From: Hydrolagus colliei
Lineage: Eukaryota
Length of the DNA stretch: 64,000 bases
Assembly (NCBI GenBank): GCA_035084275.1
Contig: CM068747.1
Coordinates: forward strand, 2,232,001 to 2,296,000
Reading direction: 5' to 3'
Both the position numbers and the translations under genes were made by a program. Positions 50,101 through 64,000 of this stretch are shown here, piece by piece (position 1 is the stretch's first letter; every line of letters starts with the position of its first letter). Below the pieces are notes generated by a model. It was not told the DNA's origin, searched no databases, and saw only the letters and a list, made by a program, of their open reading frames with translations.

Positions 50101-50860
50101 CAGCAGTGGGTGGGAGCTGTCGGCAAAGGGGTAACCCTTAAAAAGAGATCAAGCATTTCTTACAAGAACAGTCAGATAGGAATACTGTTTGTGGTTTCTC
50201 TTTTGCTTCCTTTGCTGATGGTTAAAAGACCTGTTTGGTTGTATTGATGCAGATGGTTGTAATCTTGAAACAAACCCAATGTTTCCCTCTAGTTTCCCTC
50301 CAGTTTTCCTCTTTGATCCCCAAGGATCAAAACACCAACCTGGAAACTTGGAAATCAAAGTTTCAATGCCTTCAGTTCTTCTTCTTTGTTTCTTTAACGA
50401 GAGAGGGGGGAGAGAGAAGAAGCAAAGCCTTTCAGCGAGGAAGCAAAAGCCGCATGGTTCATTCATCCATGATTAACAATTGAGGCAGCCAGTAGCCTTT
50501 CATAATAAATTTAATTAAAAAGTCTACAGCTAGAGCAACAGACTTTTTTGTCTGATTTTTCAGTCCTATGCAAACCTATTTTTAACACTATGATCAATGC
50601 ATCGCACAGTCTCTGTAACTATTAAGCCGTTTTTAATGGTTTATAATACAGTGTTGAGCCATGCAAACAAGATTGATTTCAACACACATTGGCGCTTTTT
50701 TTCCTTCCTTGCAATTTTATTCCAATGTTTTCTTTCATAGGGGTGTGATTGAATGAGAATGGCTGGATGTGCTTTCAATTTTTTTCAATGTATTTGAACC
50801 GTCTTTTCAGTTGTTTTCTGTTACCCAGTTTTGCATCCAAAGTCTCATTACGATTTCCAG

Positions 50861-50993
50861 GACTCCGCTGATTGCCGCTGGGGTGATCGGCGGCCTCTTC
50901 ATTATGGTGATTATGGCTCTGGTGTTTGCCGTGTACGTCAGGAGAAAGAGCATCAGGAAGAAGCGAGCGTTGAGACGATTTCTGGAAACCGAG
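50861..50993 (+). CDS. ERBB4: ERBB4 exon 17 (transmembrane helix and basic juxtamembrane/NLS segment)
   Basis: tttccag|GACTC...CCGAG|gtatag; 133 nt; [44 protein letters not shown]. Confidence 0.97.
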
Positions 50994-51554
50994 GTATAGC
51001 TTGGTATATAAGCGCTCAATTCTGCTAGATTTTATTTTAGTTACTACCCAAATACTACCCAGGTACATGTAAAATTGGTGACTTCTCCATCAAGTTAGAA
51101 GCTCTGTATCCAACTTTGTTTTAATTCTGAGACTCGTATTTTCCATTTCCCTCCCTGTGGCTCGATGACTGGACTAAGTCCTCCTGTGATGGAGGTTTGA
51201 TGTACAATAGAGCAGTTGGTTCTCTGTGGGTCCTGGGCATTTGGAACAATTTGCACTGACTGTATACTGTTCTGGTGCAAATCAGATTGCTTAAGAAAGC
51301 ACCTACTCCTGATAGTGTCGGGGCTGGGACTGCGATGCGTGCAGTGCTATTTTTGTTCAAACTGTTTGAAATCCTCCGGATAAAATTGTCACTCTATTTC
51401 CATCACTCATCACAAATTGGCCAGCCTGGTTTGCTTCCAAAATACACAGTCACTACATTTTACAGTGAAATCCCTGCCAAAAAGGTTTGTGGTATCTCGA
51501 CAGCATGATAAGATGCCATACAAAATGCAAGGATTATTATTATTATTATAATAA

Positions 51555-51938
<384 letters not shown>

Positions 51939-52131
51939 TAATTTCCTGTGTCTCATCAGATGCCTTCGAAAATTATGACTAAAGACCAAAGAACGGCATG
52001 CGCGCTCAATTCTTCTTAATGTAGCCTGATTCATCTAAATCTTTTCTCTTCATAGATTTTTTGTTAGCTCTTGACAGCTGAGGAAAATTCCCCCAGCTAA
52101 AGCCGTTGATGATGTTTTCTGTCTTCATCAG

Positions 52132-52230
52132 GGAATCTGGGTCCCAGAGGGAGAGACCGTGAAGATTCCTGTGGCCATTAAGATCCTTCGTGAGAGAACG
52201 GGTCCCAAGGCTAATGTAGAATTTATGGAC
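52132..52230 (+). CDS. ERBB4: ERBB4 exon 19 (VAIK lysine)
   Basis: catcag|GGAAT...TGGAC|gtaagt; 99 nt; [33 protein letters not shown]. Confidence 0.97.
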
Positions 52231-53004
52231 GTAAGTCATTGCCATGTAGCTTGTGATTAATTTGGTGAGTACAGTAATGGAAACAAGAGAAGTGGCAGAT
52301 ATTGATTGCAGTGAAGTTGTCAATGAAACAAAGACACAAAGTGTTCAAATGAAGTTCAAGTACTTAACTGGAGGTTCATTCGCTTTCTATTTGAAAATGA
52401 TTAAACCGCAAGACAAGAAAAGCAGACGAACTGCATTGTCAGTCACATAATTGTGGAATCGGCCTTGAACGGAAGATAATGTATTACTAATGGATATAAT
52501 CACTTGATACAGCTTTTATAGATCGTTTTGTGGAGGTGTAATTAAGCTAAACACAGCAACATCCCTTTACTGTGAATTCTATTCAAAGATACCAGCTGAA
52601 TTTACAGTAAACCCTACCCTGGTTCAGCTTGCCCAGCTTTCCAAGCATACATCTGTGTAGTTGCATATTCATTGTAATCAAATTCCTTTTACAAAATGTT
52701 CAATTAGCTCTCTTGCTAGTGTTGGTGCCATCAGATCTGGTTTATCATTAGTGGTAAACGCTGTGGAACTTGTTACTTTCTCCCACTTGGACCAGCAATG
52801 AAAGCGAGACCGTTTTCACCCTTTTTGCATAATCTGTCACCCTCCTGTTTTTCCATTTCACTCAAAATTTCACTTGTAAAAAAGGCTCGAAACCAAAGGA
52901 GTGCGGTTTGAGAATGTCACCGCACATAAAGTAAACTGATTCCCAAAGTTGGCAGGAGCTTCACATTTCAATGTAACACACATACATCTACAAGTGCGTC
53001 TATT

Positions 53005-53245
53005 TAATAATCCTCACATTTTGATATAGCACTCTTCACGTATTCTAGACGTCTCAAAGCACTTCACAGAATATACTGTAACGTGAATTGACAGTATGAT
53101 TATGGGCGAAATGTGGCAGCCAATTGGGCACAGCAGTGTCCCACAAATAGTCGTGGATCGAAACGACCAATTTTATTGCTATTTTTTTCGAGGGATTATT
53201 ATCAGAGTGTGGAGCAAGGAAACTTGCCGAAGGTTTTGTCCTGAC
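53005..53245 (-). mobile_element. SINE, 5'-truncated
   Basis: Reverse complement of ~2970-3210. Further tail fragments near 11130, 16520, 28700, 33000, 33920, 34780, 46060, 46930, 47320, 49250, 51420, 54760 and 62400. Confidence 0.85.
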
Positions 53246-55039
53246 TGAAATCGAAAAAGAAAAATTGATGTAGTTTTGCTCCACCCACACTCAAGAATTT
53301 TGAAAAGCAGTCACAGAATGGGAACTCTCTCCCATGTCATTATGTTTCATCCTTGACAGAGATATTAAGGCCAATTGCAATGTTCTACTGCTGTCCAGCT
53401 GACGTCAAATAACCTGCTTCAAACTCAGGGCTAGAAATAGCTTCCATTCTGCACAGCTCAGTAACACAACATGAGATATTTGGCAGCTCAGCTATTGGGG
53501 AAGGACGCCGTTTTTTTGAAAAGTATTTGGTTGGGAAGGTGACATTCAACGCACTGGCTGGGGTCTTTGAACACGTGAAATAGAGGAACAATAACCAAAA
53601 CATTTTAGATCAAGGACTAAAAGTTTTACGTTTTTTGAGGGAAGGCTGGCTAATATCAAGTTCTTTCTGGTATTGAGAAATCAACTCACAATCTGAGAAA
53701 TTCACACAAAACTTGTTTTTACCTTGAACAAAATTTAAAATCAGAAGCTGGCCCATTACCTTGGATTAAAGCGTAGGTTAAATGGTCATTTCATCTGAGC
53801 CGTGAGCCTTACTTTTATCAGGCGACAAGAGTGGTTTCGTCAGGAGTAGTCATTAGACTGGTAAGTGCAAAGTGTTATTGTGATTGACAGGTGCCACAAA
53901 TGGTCTTGAGTGAGGAAGCGCTGCGTGAACAGGTGACCAAATCAAGTGATGAACTGACTGGGAAGTGGCTTCGAGCTTCAGAACTAGCTTTGCAAACCAT
54001 TTGATGATCTATCTTTTAAAAAAAACCTGTAGCCTCACAATGCTTATTGTGCTATGTTAAGCTGCCAGATTGTGGTCAGGTGAGAGCAGTATCAAGGGGA
54101 ACAAGTATGCAGTATAACAGTGTGCAGAGTGAGGCTGGTAAAATAGAAACTTTGCCTTGAGAAAATCGAAATGCCCAGTACTTTGGATGCAATACTGTAA
54201 TTGAATTTTTATTCTGCTGTTATTTTCTGATTTACTGACGATGGAAGAGCACATATGATTCAGAAAATATTTTACCTTAGTTTACAAACAACTCGTTTTC
54301 ATTTCCAACGCCTTTGTGCAGGTATTCTGCAATCACTCGACACCCATTTGCATTCCCATAATGAATATGGCAATATCTTGGAGTAGCATTCGTTCAAAAT
54401 CAATTCTGCATTGTGCGTCTCAGGAACACGCTATTTATAGAACGTTATTGAAGAAATGTTGCTGCTTTTTGATACATAGCGTTGGAAGTGTGAAGGTTAC
54501 AAGTTCGAAGTGTTGGGAGAATTCCCACAGTATCCAAAAAAAAGCCAAGTTAAATCAGATGGAAATTTTGAGTGTTGTACATATGGCAAAACCATCCACT
54601 CAATCAAATTGAAACATTTAGTCCTATATTGAGAAGCGAGGACCATAATCAAAAATCCATTGCTTTTTTTTTGCTTTTCTTATCACTCCCTATTATGGGT
54701 ACTGCTTTTCTTGTGTCATTTAGTTCTTTCTTTTAAACTGGGTCCCAATTAATTTTATAATAATAATAATAATCCTTACATTTATATAGCTCTCTCCACA
54801 TTTTACCGACGTCTCAAAGCGCTTCACAGAATTTTTGCTTTCATATAAAGTAAAAGTCTGATTATATTCCTTTCATCAACTCCCATTTATGGTCATATTT
54901 TAGCTTACCCCAGTGTTTTAAAATAAACATGTTCATATACTCCTGGCTATCCTCCTCCATATACATCCACCCATATACATACACCCCAACAATTCTAATG
55001 AATAGTCTGCTCACTTTCCATGTAGAGGAAAGTTGGAGA

Positions 55040-55420
55040 TGTCCCCTAAATCTTCTCTTCTGTCTCAGCCAGGCTGTGAGAGCTATATGGCTGAGTAAAA
55101 GCTGAGCACTTTCCTAGTATTAGGAGGGAAGACGAGAGACAGTGAATCAAGTCTGACATTGTGATAAAATAAGAGGTACACTCATTAGAAGTGAGATTAG
55201 GAAAGGCTCCTTCACACAAAGCCCTGTGATAATGTGGTATACACAGCCCCATAAGGCTATAGAAATACCATCGATAGGGATGTTTAGCTGACAGATAAAT
55301 AAGCGGTGATAGCAAATATGGAGAAAAGACAGTGTATTGGGCTTAAAGGATCTGCCGTGATCTAATGAAATTGTGGAACTGCCTCGACTGGGTGAATGGC
55401 TTCCTTCTATTCATATGTTA
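55040..55420 (+). mobile_element. Old CR1 3' region
   Basis: gattaggaaaggctccttcacacaaagccctgtgataatgtgg...ggaactgcctcgactgggtgaatggcttccttctattcatatgtt. Confidence 0.6.
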
Positions 55421-57693
55421 AATCTGCTTTCCGTACTCCCTAGAGTTACACAGTTACACAGAAAGCTTCATTGGCGCAGTCAAGTCCCTCGCAGCCAAGA
55501 AAGAGCGCAGGGGGAGACTAAAAGAAAGAAGGAAAACTGAAAAGCCCAGGCGGAAAAAATAAATTTAGATAATTGGGAAAATTAAAGGCTATGTATGTAT
55601 CTCAGCTAATTTTATGCACTTATTCCCCACGGATAAAGCAGTTTCTTTTGGATGTTACAATTAAATTGGTGCATTGTAAAAATGCTTGAGTGATCCTTGG
55701 CTGGTAGTAGTTCTTGAAACGGAGTCATTTGCCATTAATCTAAATATGAGTGGCCTTAATCCAAACCAGTGTACATTATTATCCGCTGAGACACAGCAAT
55801 AAATTCAAAAACATATGTCGGAGAATCTTAAAAGATAATGAAACTTAACCATATTGCCTATGACCTTTATATTTGTAATAAAACCAACCTCAGTGAAAGA
55901 GTTAATCCATTTCATGTGACAATGTCAGGATGATAACTAATATTAAAGTGAGCATCACAGATTCCCTGTTGAGGATTGCTGTGGTGAATACTTTTAATTG
56001 TAAGCAAATGTGAGAATATATTGCATTAAAGGCCGATGTTCCTGCTGGTATGATAATCTTTCACTTTCTGTGCTGCAAATTTTACACTGGTTAAAGGCAG
56101 GATTTAGCCAAGTTTTAGGAACGTGGAAGGGTATTTACCAAAATCTCTCCAAGTTGTGTTTCGAAAGCCATGCCAGTTCAACAAAATTGCTGAGATTTAA
56201 TCTAAAATGAATTAAAAATGAAATACTTGATTTGCATTATGGATTAAAAGGCTTATTTTTTGTCAAATGTGTGGAAATTCATTACCTTGGTAACATAAAT
56301 AAGAGAAATAAGCTTCTTGCACATCAACAAATGAATTTTCCAAAAGAGCTTTGGTGGCATTAGAAAACCAAGCCACATCAGTCGACCTGTGATTAATTTT
56401 GATTATATATAATACGACTTGCTGTAGACTGGGAAAGGGGAAAAAGAACAGGATGCAGTAGATCAGAATTGGTTTAAAAATAGACCAATTCCATGAAGAC
56501 CAATGGGAGGAAAATGTATCATCTGAATGGGTTAAGATGGAAATCAATGGATGTTAAGAGAAACTCTTCAAATGTGATTACATTTAGAGAAACAAGAGGT
56601 GAGAAAATAGACAAAAGTACATAAAAAGTGCTTTCTTCAATCAAATAGTTTTTGGATGACCCAGTTTGTATTCAAATACCTCATTGAATTCCAAAACGTC
56701 CATTGCATTTCTCATGGGTGATGTTAGTACAATGAAAGTGATGTGCTTGCTCCCTCCCTGCCTATCAAGGCAGCGGCTGTCGCGGTGGTTGATGATTTTG
56801 TGCCAGAGAACAATTTATTATTCTGATCATTCTTCTTATTATTATATTATGATTATTATTTCCAGCACTTGTCACTAGAGGTTTGAGGCATCAGGATGAA
56901 TTATGAAAGTGATCAAGTTCGTTGAAGCAGATGCATCCTTGCATTTATCCTCCAGTAATAGAACAGTGTAGGCCTATATTAATGGTCCTCTCTAGCTGAT
57001 CAATCAGCATCCACCAAGTTCACAGTTAGCTGATCTCAGCCAAAGCAGTTGTAGAGGCAAATCACTGATGTTCTAGGAAACAACTGCTAGGTTCCGTCTC
57101 ACAATAGTGGTCCAGCATCCCTATTGGGAAGTATGTACATTTGGATGTTGGCTGAAGATCAGTCTTGTCATGGGTTGTGATGCCCTCCAATGATCAAATC
57201 GCCTTTCACTCACTGACAGGGCGCTCACATTCTTTGGGGAGATGTATCAAATGGCAGTCAGTGTGCCTGTAGAACCGTGCTCAAGCATACGTCTGTGCCT
57301 TCTGAGGGAGAAAGGTAATGAAAGATAAGGAGACAGCCTGTGATCTTCTGATCTCTCTGACTGAAGAAGGGATGGGCTTTCACTCAGCCAAGTCCCCATT
57401 GTGACTCGGGGCTGAGATCAAGAACACACTGTGTAGCAGTAGTTTTCGATCATGTACACCAAACAAAAGCACACTTTTAAAATCCGAATATAATTTTAAA
57501 GAAATTGCTTGATAAATCCTGCAATTTTCTGACACTCTCATTCATTCCCCAAGCAGATGGAATGATTTAGTGCTGAGCGAATATAATCCTGCTATCAAAA
57601 TACACAAACAATGATCAGGAAGGATGAACTGCTCTACAGGATGCAACACTGAGTATAACATTTGCGAGCAAACTCGTCTTTGTTTTGCACTGA

Positions 57694-58071
<378 letters not shown>

Positions 58072-60114
58072 TAACATAATTTTAATTTGAATAGTACAGA
58101 TTGCTTGATATTCATGGTTAATTTATTACTGCAGTGTTCATGCTTAATTTATAGCTTGTGTGGGACCGGGTTCTTGTGAATTTAATGTTAACCATAAATA
58201 TTATATCTCAGTGCTTCCTTTTTACAAGGAAATAAGAGTGTCAATGTGCAAATTGTTTCCTCCACACACAAAACAAGTGTAGGCTCTGCCATCACAAACC
58301 AATCCACTGGATTTTGTGCTTCCAACTGACATCTTCTTGTGGATTGGGAAGAAAAACATTCCACATGGCTTCCAAGAGGTGTCAGGTGTGAGAGGAGGAG
58401 TTGGATTTCTGTCAATATATTTGTGGACACATAAATTGTAATAATTTGCCAGTGTAGCAGTGACAGGGATGGTATGGTTGTCACTCTTTGCTGTTTTGTT
58501 TTGCAATTCATGAATGTATCTGAATCCTGGGAATCTCAGTTAGTGACTGTACAGGGTGCAAATCCATAACACACAGACAATAAGGCAAATTGAAACACCC
58601 AAAATACTGGCTCAACTGAGAACTCTGCACAGATCAGGAATCAAAACCACAGTGTCTGCTCTATACGGGTATCTGCTACAGTGTGAAAGTGCCTTTAGCC
58701 ATCGGATCATGAATGGGTAGCCAAAATCTTTTACTTTAGATTATTTTACTATAAATATTATAGTACGTGAAACCTCCAAAACATAACCACTGTGTACATC
58801 GACACAAGTGGGTATTGTGCATAGATCAGAGGGGTCCTAATCTAACTATCCAGGGTTGAAGCCATTAGCATTAATGTGTTTAAGGCCAAACGTGATGCGT
58901 ATGTGAGGGAGAAGCAAATGGAGGAGTATAATAGAGAGGAATTTGAATGTGTGTGTCTGTGGGTGGTGGTGCTGGGAGGGATGTTTGCATGAAATATAAA
59001 TACATATATACAGCGGCACAGACTAGTTGGGTTGAATGGCTCAGTCGTATCGTTCTATATTACTGTATTAGAAACTGAGTAAAGGTTTACTGAGTAAACC
59101 TGTCATACAAGTTGGGCAGGGGAAGAATCAAATGTAAAATCCCATATGAGAATAGCAATGTGGTCAGTAATACTATATGTATTTGTACAGTGGTTCTCTT
59201 AAACGTTTGCCTCATTAAAGTACTACATATATATACTGCCACCCTGCACCTTATTGTTATTGCATTAACCTGATCCTCGTTGCAATCTTGTGTGAATGCG
59301 CTGACACTGGTTTGTTTGTTATTGTAAAGCTGCTGAGGGATTGAACGAGACATTGTAGGTATAAAAACATGTTGTTGCAGCTTCTCCTGATATTCTGACA
59401 TAAGAGCTGGTCCTAGGGAATAGATTTGACGCAGCCCGCACAGCCACCCAGGAAAGGGCCAGCTGCTTTCATTGCCTGCTTTGTTCTGCTGGATGATCGC
59501 TCAAAAGATTGCTCTCCTTTTTGATTTCACACTACGGAATAGTCTGCCAAAGCTTTGCTCATTCATTCAAGACTTATCAGAGAGTTCATTCTGCCTAGTG
59601 GTAGGTGGTTGGTTCAATGTGGGTCATTCATGCTGCAGTTCTCCAGGGGTAGATTGGTGCAATAGTCTATAGAGGACAACCAATCCTGTGCTGTCCTGGG
59701 ACACTGAGTATTGTCCTTGATTGATAGGAGTTGTGAGAATATGTTGTTTGAAGTCCCCTTTCTGGCTACAGTCAAAAGGGTTCAAGGTCTTTCTTTCCCT
59801 AGCAGCTCCTGTCTGCTGCAAAACAGTGCACTTCATCATAGACTTACTGGACAGAGGATTTGTTTAATGACAGCAATTTATCAGCCGATATGCTCAAGGC
59901 ATTGAGATGCTTTCATCAATGACAGAACCGTGTTAAACAATTAGTTCCATGCAAAGCAAGAGATAGGTTCAAGGCACTGCACTGACTACGGTGCCTTCAA
60001 GCCAGTGTAGCAACTTCCTTTATCCTCTTTCAATTGATTCAATCTCACGGATTTGCATTTTCCAGCAGAAATCTTACTTACAAAATAATGATTATTCTTG
60101 CTTGTTTTTGGATG

Positions 60115-60500
60115 GCAGCCTGCCTCAGTGGGCAACGCTCTCACCTCAGAGTCAGAAGGCTGTGGGTTCAAGCATCACTTTGGGACTTTGAGTTTACACA
60201 GGCCTGGTGCTCTAAACTCAGCGCTGAGAATGTGCAGCATTGTCGGTGATTGCAGTTCTTCGGATGAGTTGTTAAATCGAGGTTCTCTCTGCCTGCACAT
60301 TGAGACGTTAAAAATCCTATGTGGCACAATTTGAAAAGTGAAGAGAATTTCTCCCAGCCAGGCCAGCATCTGCCCCTTTTTGCAAAAAGTAAATCAATAA
60401 CCTTCTCTTATCACACTTCTGCTTTGGCTAAGTGCCAATGGCAGGCTCTTTCAAAGTTATTGCAACCGACATTGCACGATAAACCGTTCATGCCCAGGAC
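60115..60500 (+). mobile_element. Old tRNA-headed Deu-domain SINE (SacSINE1-like)
   Basis: Head gcctcagtgggcaacgctctcacctcagagtcagaaggctgtgggttcaag; Deu-like cttcggatgagttgttaaatcgaggttctctctgcctg. Confidence 0.7.
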
Positions 60501-60559
60501 CCTGATCTTTCTCTACCCTCCTCTGCTCCACCCTACCTTCTCCACTGGGCTAACTCAGG

Positions 60560-60815
60560 TCTCCTCCACATCATTTGCCCCGACCCCACACACACCCACT
60601 CACATCACCATCAGCGGTTGAACTTCCACTGCACTTCTAATTTCTGGAACTCCCTGCCCTCTCCCTCCATCTCACCTCCTTTCTGTCTATTTTTAAATCC
60701 CATGTTAAAATTTACTTCTGTGATTATGCCCGTTGTTGCCTTGCCTGGTGTCTCGTTCCCGCCATCGTGAAGCGCTGTGAGACTTTACAACAACAACAAC
60801 AACAACAACAACATC
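60560..60815 (+). mobile_element. L2 3' end fragment plus (CAA)n
   Basis: ctggaactccctgccctctcc...ttttaaatcccatgttaaaatttacttctg...gtgaagcgctgtgagac. Confidence 0.65.
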
Positions 60816-62859
60816 GCACTTATATTTACCCTACAAGTAGAGTGTTACACAAATGCAAGTTGCTGGATAAGCGAGAGCAAATACTCTCTCCCATGGCAGC
60901 CTCCCGTGCAGCGGTAGATGATTGACATCCCAGTTTGGCTCATGGGTTTCATCGTTTCTCTGCTGAACTGCTGATTGATAACATCGAGATAGAGAATCAG
61001 TCTGGTTTGCTCTGATTTTGAGCTCCTCCTGCTGGCGATTTGCACAGTAGCAGAGCAGCACTCAGCTCGAACACCGTTGGGATTGTCAGGGAACTCTGAT
61101 CGGAGAGGAGTTTACAGTGGCCTTACACAGAACACGGAAAGTGGGACTGAACCGAGAGAGAGAGAGATCAAAATATATTAGTATTGGAATGGTGAGCAAG
61201 AAGACCAAATTCAACTGCTGCCTGAAGCAGTGCCAGGCTAGTGGGTATCTACCAGCTGTTAGTGTTTATAGGATCAAACATGGCAATCAAAATGGTGGCA
61301 TCTGTAGAAAAGATAAAAGATAGATTACATGCTATGCTTACACAATCACCACATGCGCGTACGCACTCTGGAGAAGTAATTCTGAGTATCACCTTTTTGA
61401 AACTCAATTTGGTTTTATCGAAAGTTTCCATGTTTTTGTTCCCTTTTTTTTAACACATTGCAAACTATGTACGTGCCCGGTATGTGCCACCTGCAGTGAC
61501 ACCGATTGTACATTTTATGGTGATTTGGGCATTGTTACTCATTATGTGATTGTGTTGAGGGATACACATGGATTTGTTTTCATCAGAGATTGGATCCTAT
61601 AGTTGTTGCATTTGATTTGGTTTATTTAGACATCCAGGGGATGCTTCAATGTAGTAACTGTTTTTTGTAGATGAACACACAGTCAATGTTTGCATAACAA
61701 TGTCCCACAAACTGCAATGAAGTGAATGACCAATTTTTATTTGGGGGATTGTTGGCCAGGTCATCTTCTATTTTGGAGTTGTGACACTGAATCTTTAATA
61801 TTTACCTGAACAGTTAGACGGCAACTGGGTTTAATGTTTCATCCAACAATGCAGCACGACCCCAGATCTTGTTCCTTGTCCACTCAATTTTTATATACAA
61901 AGTTGTTGCAGTTAATGGTACGCTTGTGTGAGAAGGTAGTGAGAATCTATTATGGGTAAGGGGGGGAAAGCTCCTATGGCCTGAAATGGCTGAAATCGAT
62001 GTTGAGTCCAGGCAGCTGTAGTGTCCCCAGTAGATATATTATGGGTATGTACGCTCAAGCACACATTTTATTTGGATAACACTGTGAGTGCAAAATGCAC
62101 GATAACACACTATAATCAAAAGCAAGTACTGTATTCTTACTACTTTGGGATAATACAGTTGGGATTTCCAGAACTTATTCATTACACCTGCAGAAGAAAC
62201 ATCATCTATATTTGATGGTATTAGTAAGTTTCCCAAACTGTGCAGAATCAAGAATGTTAAGGCAATGGTCAGGTCTCACCAGCTACACAGTCTCATGAAT
62301 TGCATGGAATGGTACAGCACAGAGCAAGCCATTCAGTTCAACTTGTCTATTTTGGTATTTATACAAGAGCCTCCACCTTACCTATTCCTCTACTATTTGC
62401 CCACAAAATACACAGTTAATACACCGTCCAGAATATTCTGTGAAGCACTTTGGGGCATAGCTTGTCGTTTTCCAATAATAAGATTCATCTTATCAGGATT
62501 CATCTCTCTCGTTCTCTTCCGCACCGCCCCCCACCTCCCCCCGCCCTGCAAGGCCACTCATCACATAACCAGCTAGGAATGTTCAGCTGGTTGCAGAAAA
62601 CACTTGGGCACATCGAGCACAGTTGAAGTGTGCTTAATAAATTACATCATGTTTCTTGAGCAGAAAACTTGGAAGGATCGGCCATTCCTAATCACTTTCA
62701 AGTTTACTGATTGTGATTGCGAATGCTAATGATGTGAATTTTGATTCCGGAACCACATGTAAGAAATACTGACATGCATACTAAGAGTCTATCAATCATA
62801 TCATTTAAAGTGAGAGAAGCTCGCTTGATGGTCTAGTCTAAAGTCTAGATATAAAATGG

Positions 62860-63520
62860 GTCTGGGTGAAAAGGGCCCTTTGGCCCATCTGATCTCATCA
62901 CCCCAGAATACCCACTCTACCATCTACTCATCGCTGCATCAAGCTGCTTTTTCAAAGTGTTTAGTGACCTGATCGCTACCATCTTCACTGGCAACCTGTT
63001 CCATTTGTTAATTACCCTCCAAGTAAAAACCAACTTCCTGGTATCTGTTCTGAAATTGCCCTTTACACTTTAAAACTATGTCCTTTTGTTCTATTATCTT
63101 GATACATCCTAACATCTGGGTTTATTCTATCAATCCCATTTAAAGTTTAACACAACTCCATGAGTAATCTTCACTCAAAACCAAAGTCCGACACTGTCTA
63201 ATCATCATTGTAGCTAATTTCTCTTAGACTGGGGATCATCCTCGTTGCTCTCCTCTGCCTCTATGGGCTGAGCGACCCCCTTATGGCATGATAACTAGAC
63301 TGTATGCAGTATTCAAGGTGAGCTTTGACCAGAGCACAGTTACAAGCTGAGTATGATGTCTAGGGATATAAACTCAACTAATTTATCAATATAGACCAAC
63401 ATCCTGCTTGCGTTCTTTGATGTTGCCTCACACTGTTTTGACATATTGAGTGTCGAGTCAACTAATACCCCTGGATATCTTTGTGCTTCCCCCCTTGGCA
63501 AGTTCAATCCCATCCAATGT
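62860..63520 (-). mobile_element. Degenerate CR1 LINE (RT C-terminus to 3' UTR)
   Basis: gccctttggcccatc...ggcaacctgttcca...atcatcctcgttgctctcctctg...actgtatgcagtattcaagg...gcctcacactg; the reverse encodes a CR1-like LEYCIQ motif. Confidence 0.75.
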
Positions 63521-64000
63521 AGGTAAAGGAATAATCTGCTGTGATCCTAAAGATCAGAAGATTGAAGTTCAAATCTGCTGATCTCACTCAGAGCGGTAGT
63601 TAAACTGATTCAGTTGGGTTCAGCACCCTTATTTTATAGAGGAATCCTGCTGCTGAGTGTTATTCAGTTGCCCTAGCTGACAATTGAGCATTCAAAAACA
63701 AAATCACTTCCCCAGAAAGTCACCCTAGGCAGCTGCTTAGTTTGCCTTTAGCCAGAGAGAGACCTCCGTTAGCTGAGAGTATGTGTGTGCAAAATAGTGG
63801 ATGGCAAAGATCGGGCTTATGCTATTCTATTCCTTATTCTTTCTCCCTCCCTCCCCTTCTCCCCACATAGTCAAATAGTCACCAACATTCACTGTCAAAG
63901 CACAGACATCAAGCTATACTCATGCAAGTGATGGACCCGAGATCCCCAGCATTCTCATGCCTGTGGTACATGGCAGGAAGCCTTCAGCAGAGAAGGAGAA

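Noticed and set aside
50801-50860. Upstream AG acceptors that could extend exon 17 and replace the JM-a stalk
   Set aside because: AGs at 50810 and 50828 would add 50 and 32 nt, both frameshifting.

Overview
This is vertebrate genomic DNA from the middle of an ERBB4 (HER4) receptor tyrosine kinase gene on the + strand. The repeat content (tRNA-headed Deu-domain SINEs, L2, CR1, Penelope-like relics) suggests a cartilaginous fish, possibly a chimaera; that taxon is an inference. I read 17 intact coding exons, all GT-AG and phase-compatible: exons 4-15, the 45-nt JM-b exon and exons 17-20. They cover most of the ectodomain, the transmembrane helix and the kinase N-lobe. Exons 1-3 and 21 onward lie outside the window. 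Most six-frame ORFs are intronic noise. The main observation is a decayed copy of the JM-a exon (44104-44181), which in mammals makes ERBB4 cleavable by ADAM17. It has two compensating indels, Cys and Trp codons changed to Arg, and AT in place of the GT donor. Either this lineage lost the cleavable isoform, or the remnant now acts as a terminal exon for a secreted ectodomain. Other observations are a ~120-bp inverted copy inserted into a SINE tail, Tc1/mariner-type TACTGTA footprints supported by internal controls, and a degenerate hammerhead-like motif. No prokaryote-type system (CRISPR, operon) is present.
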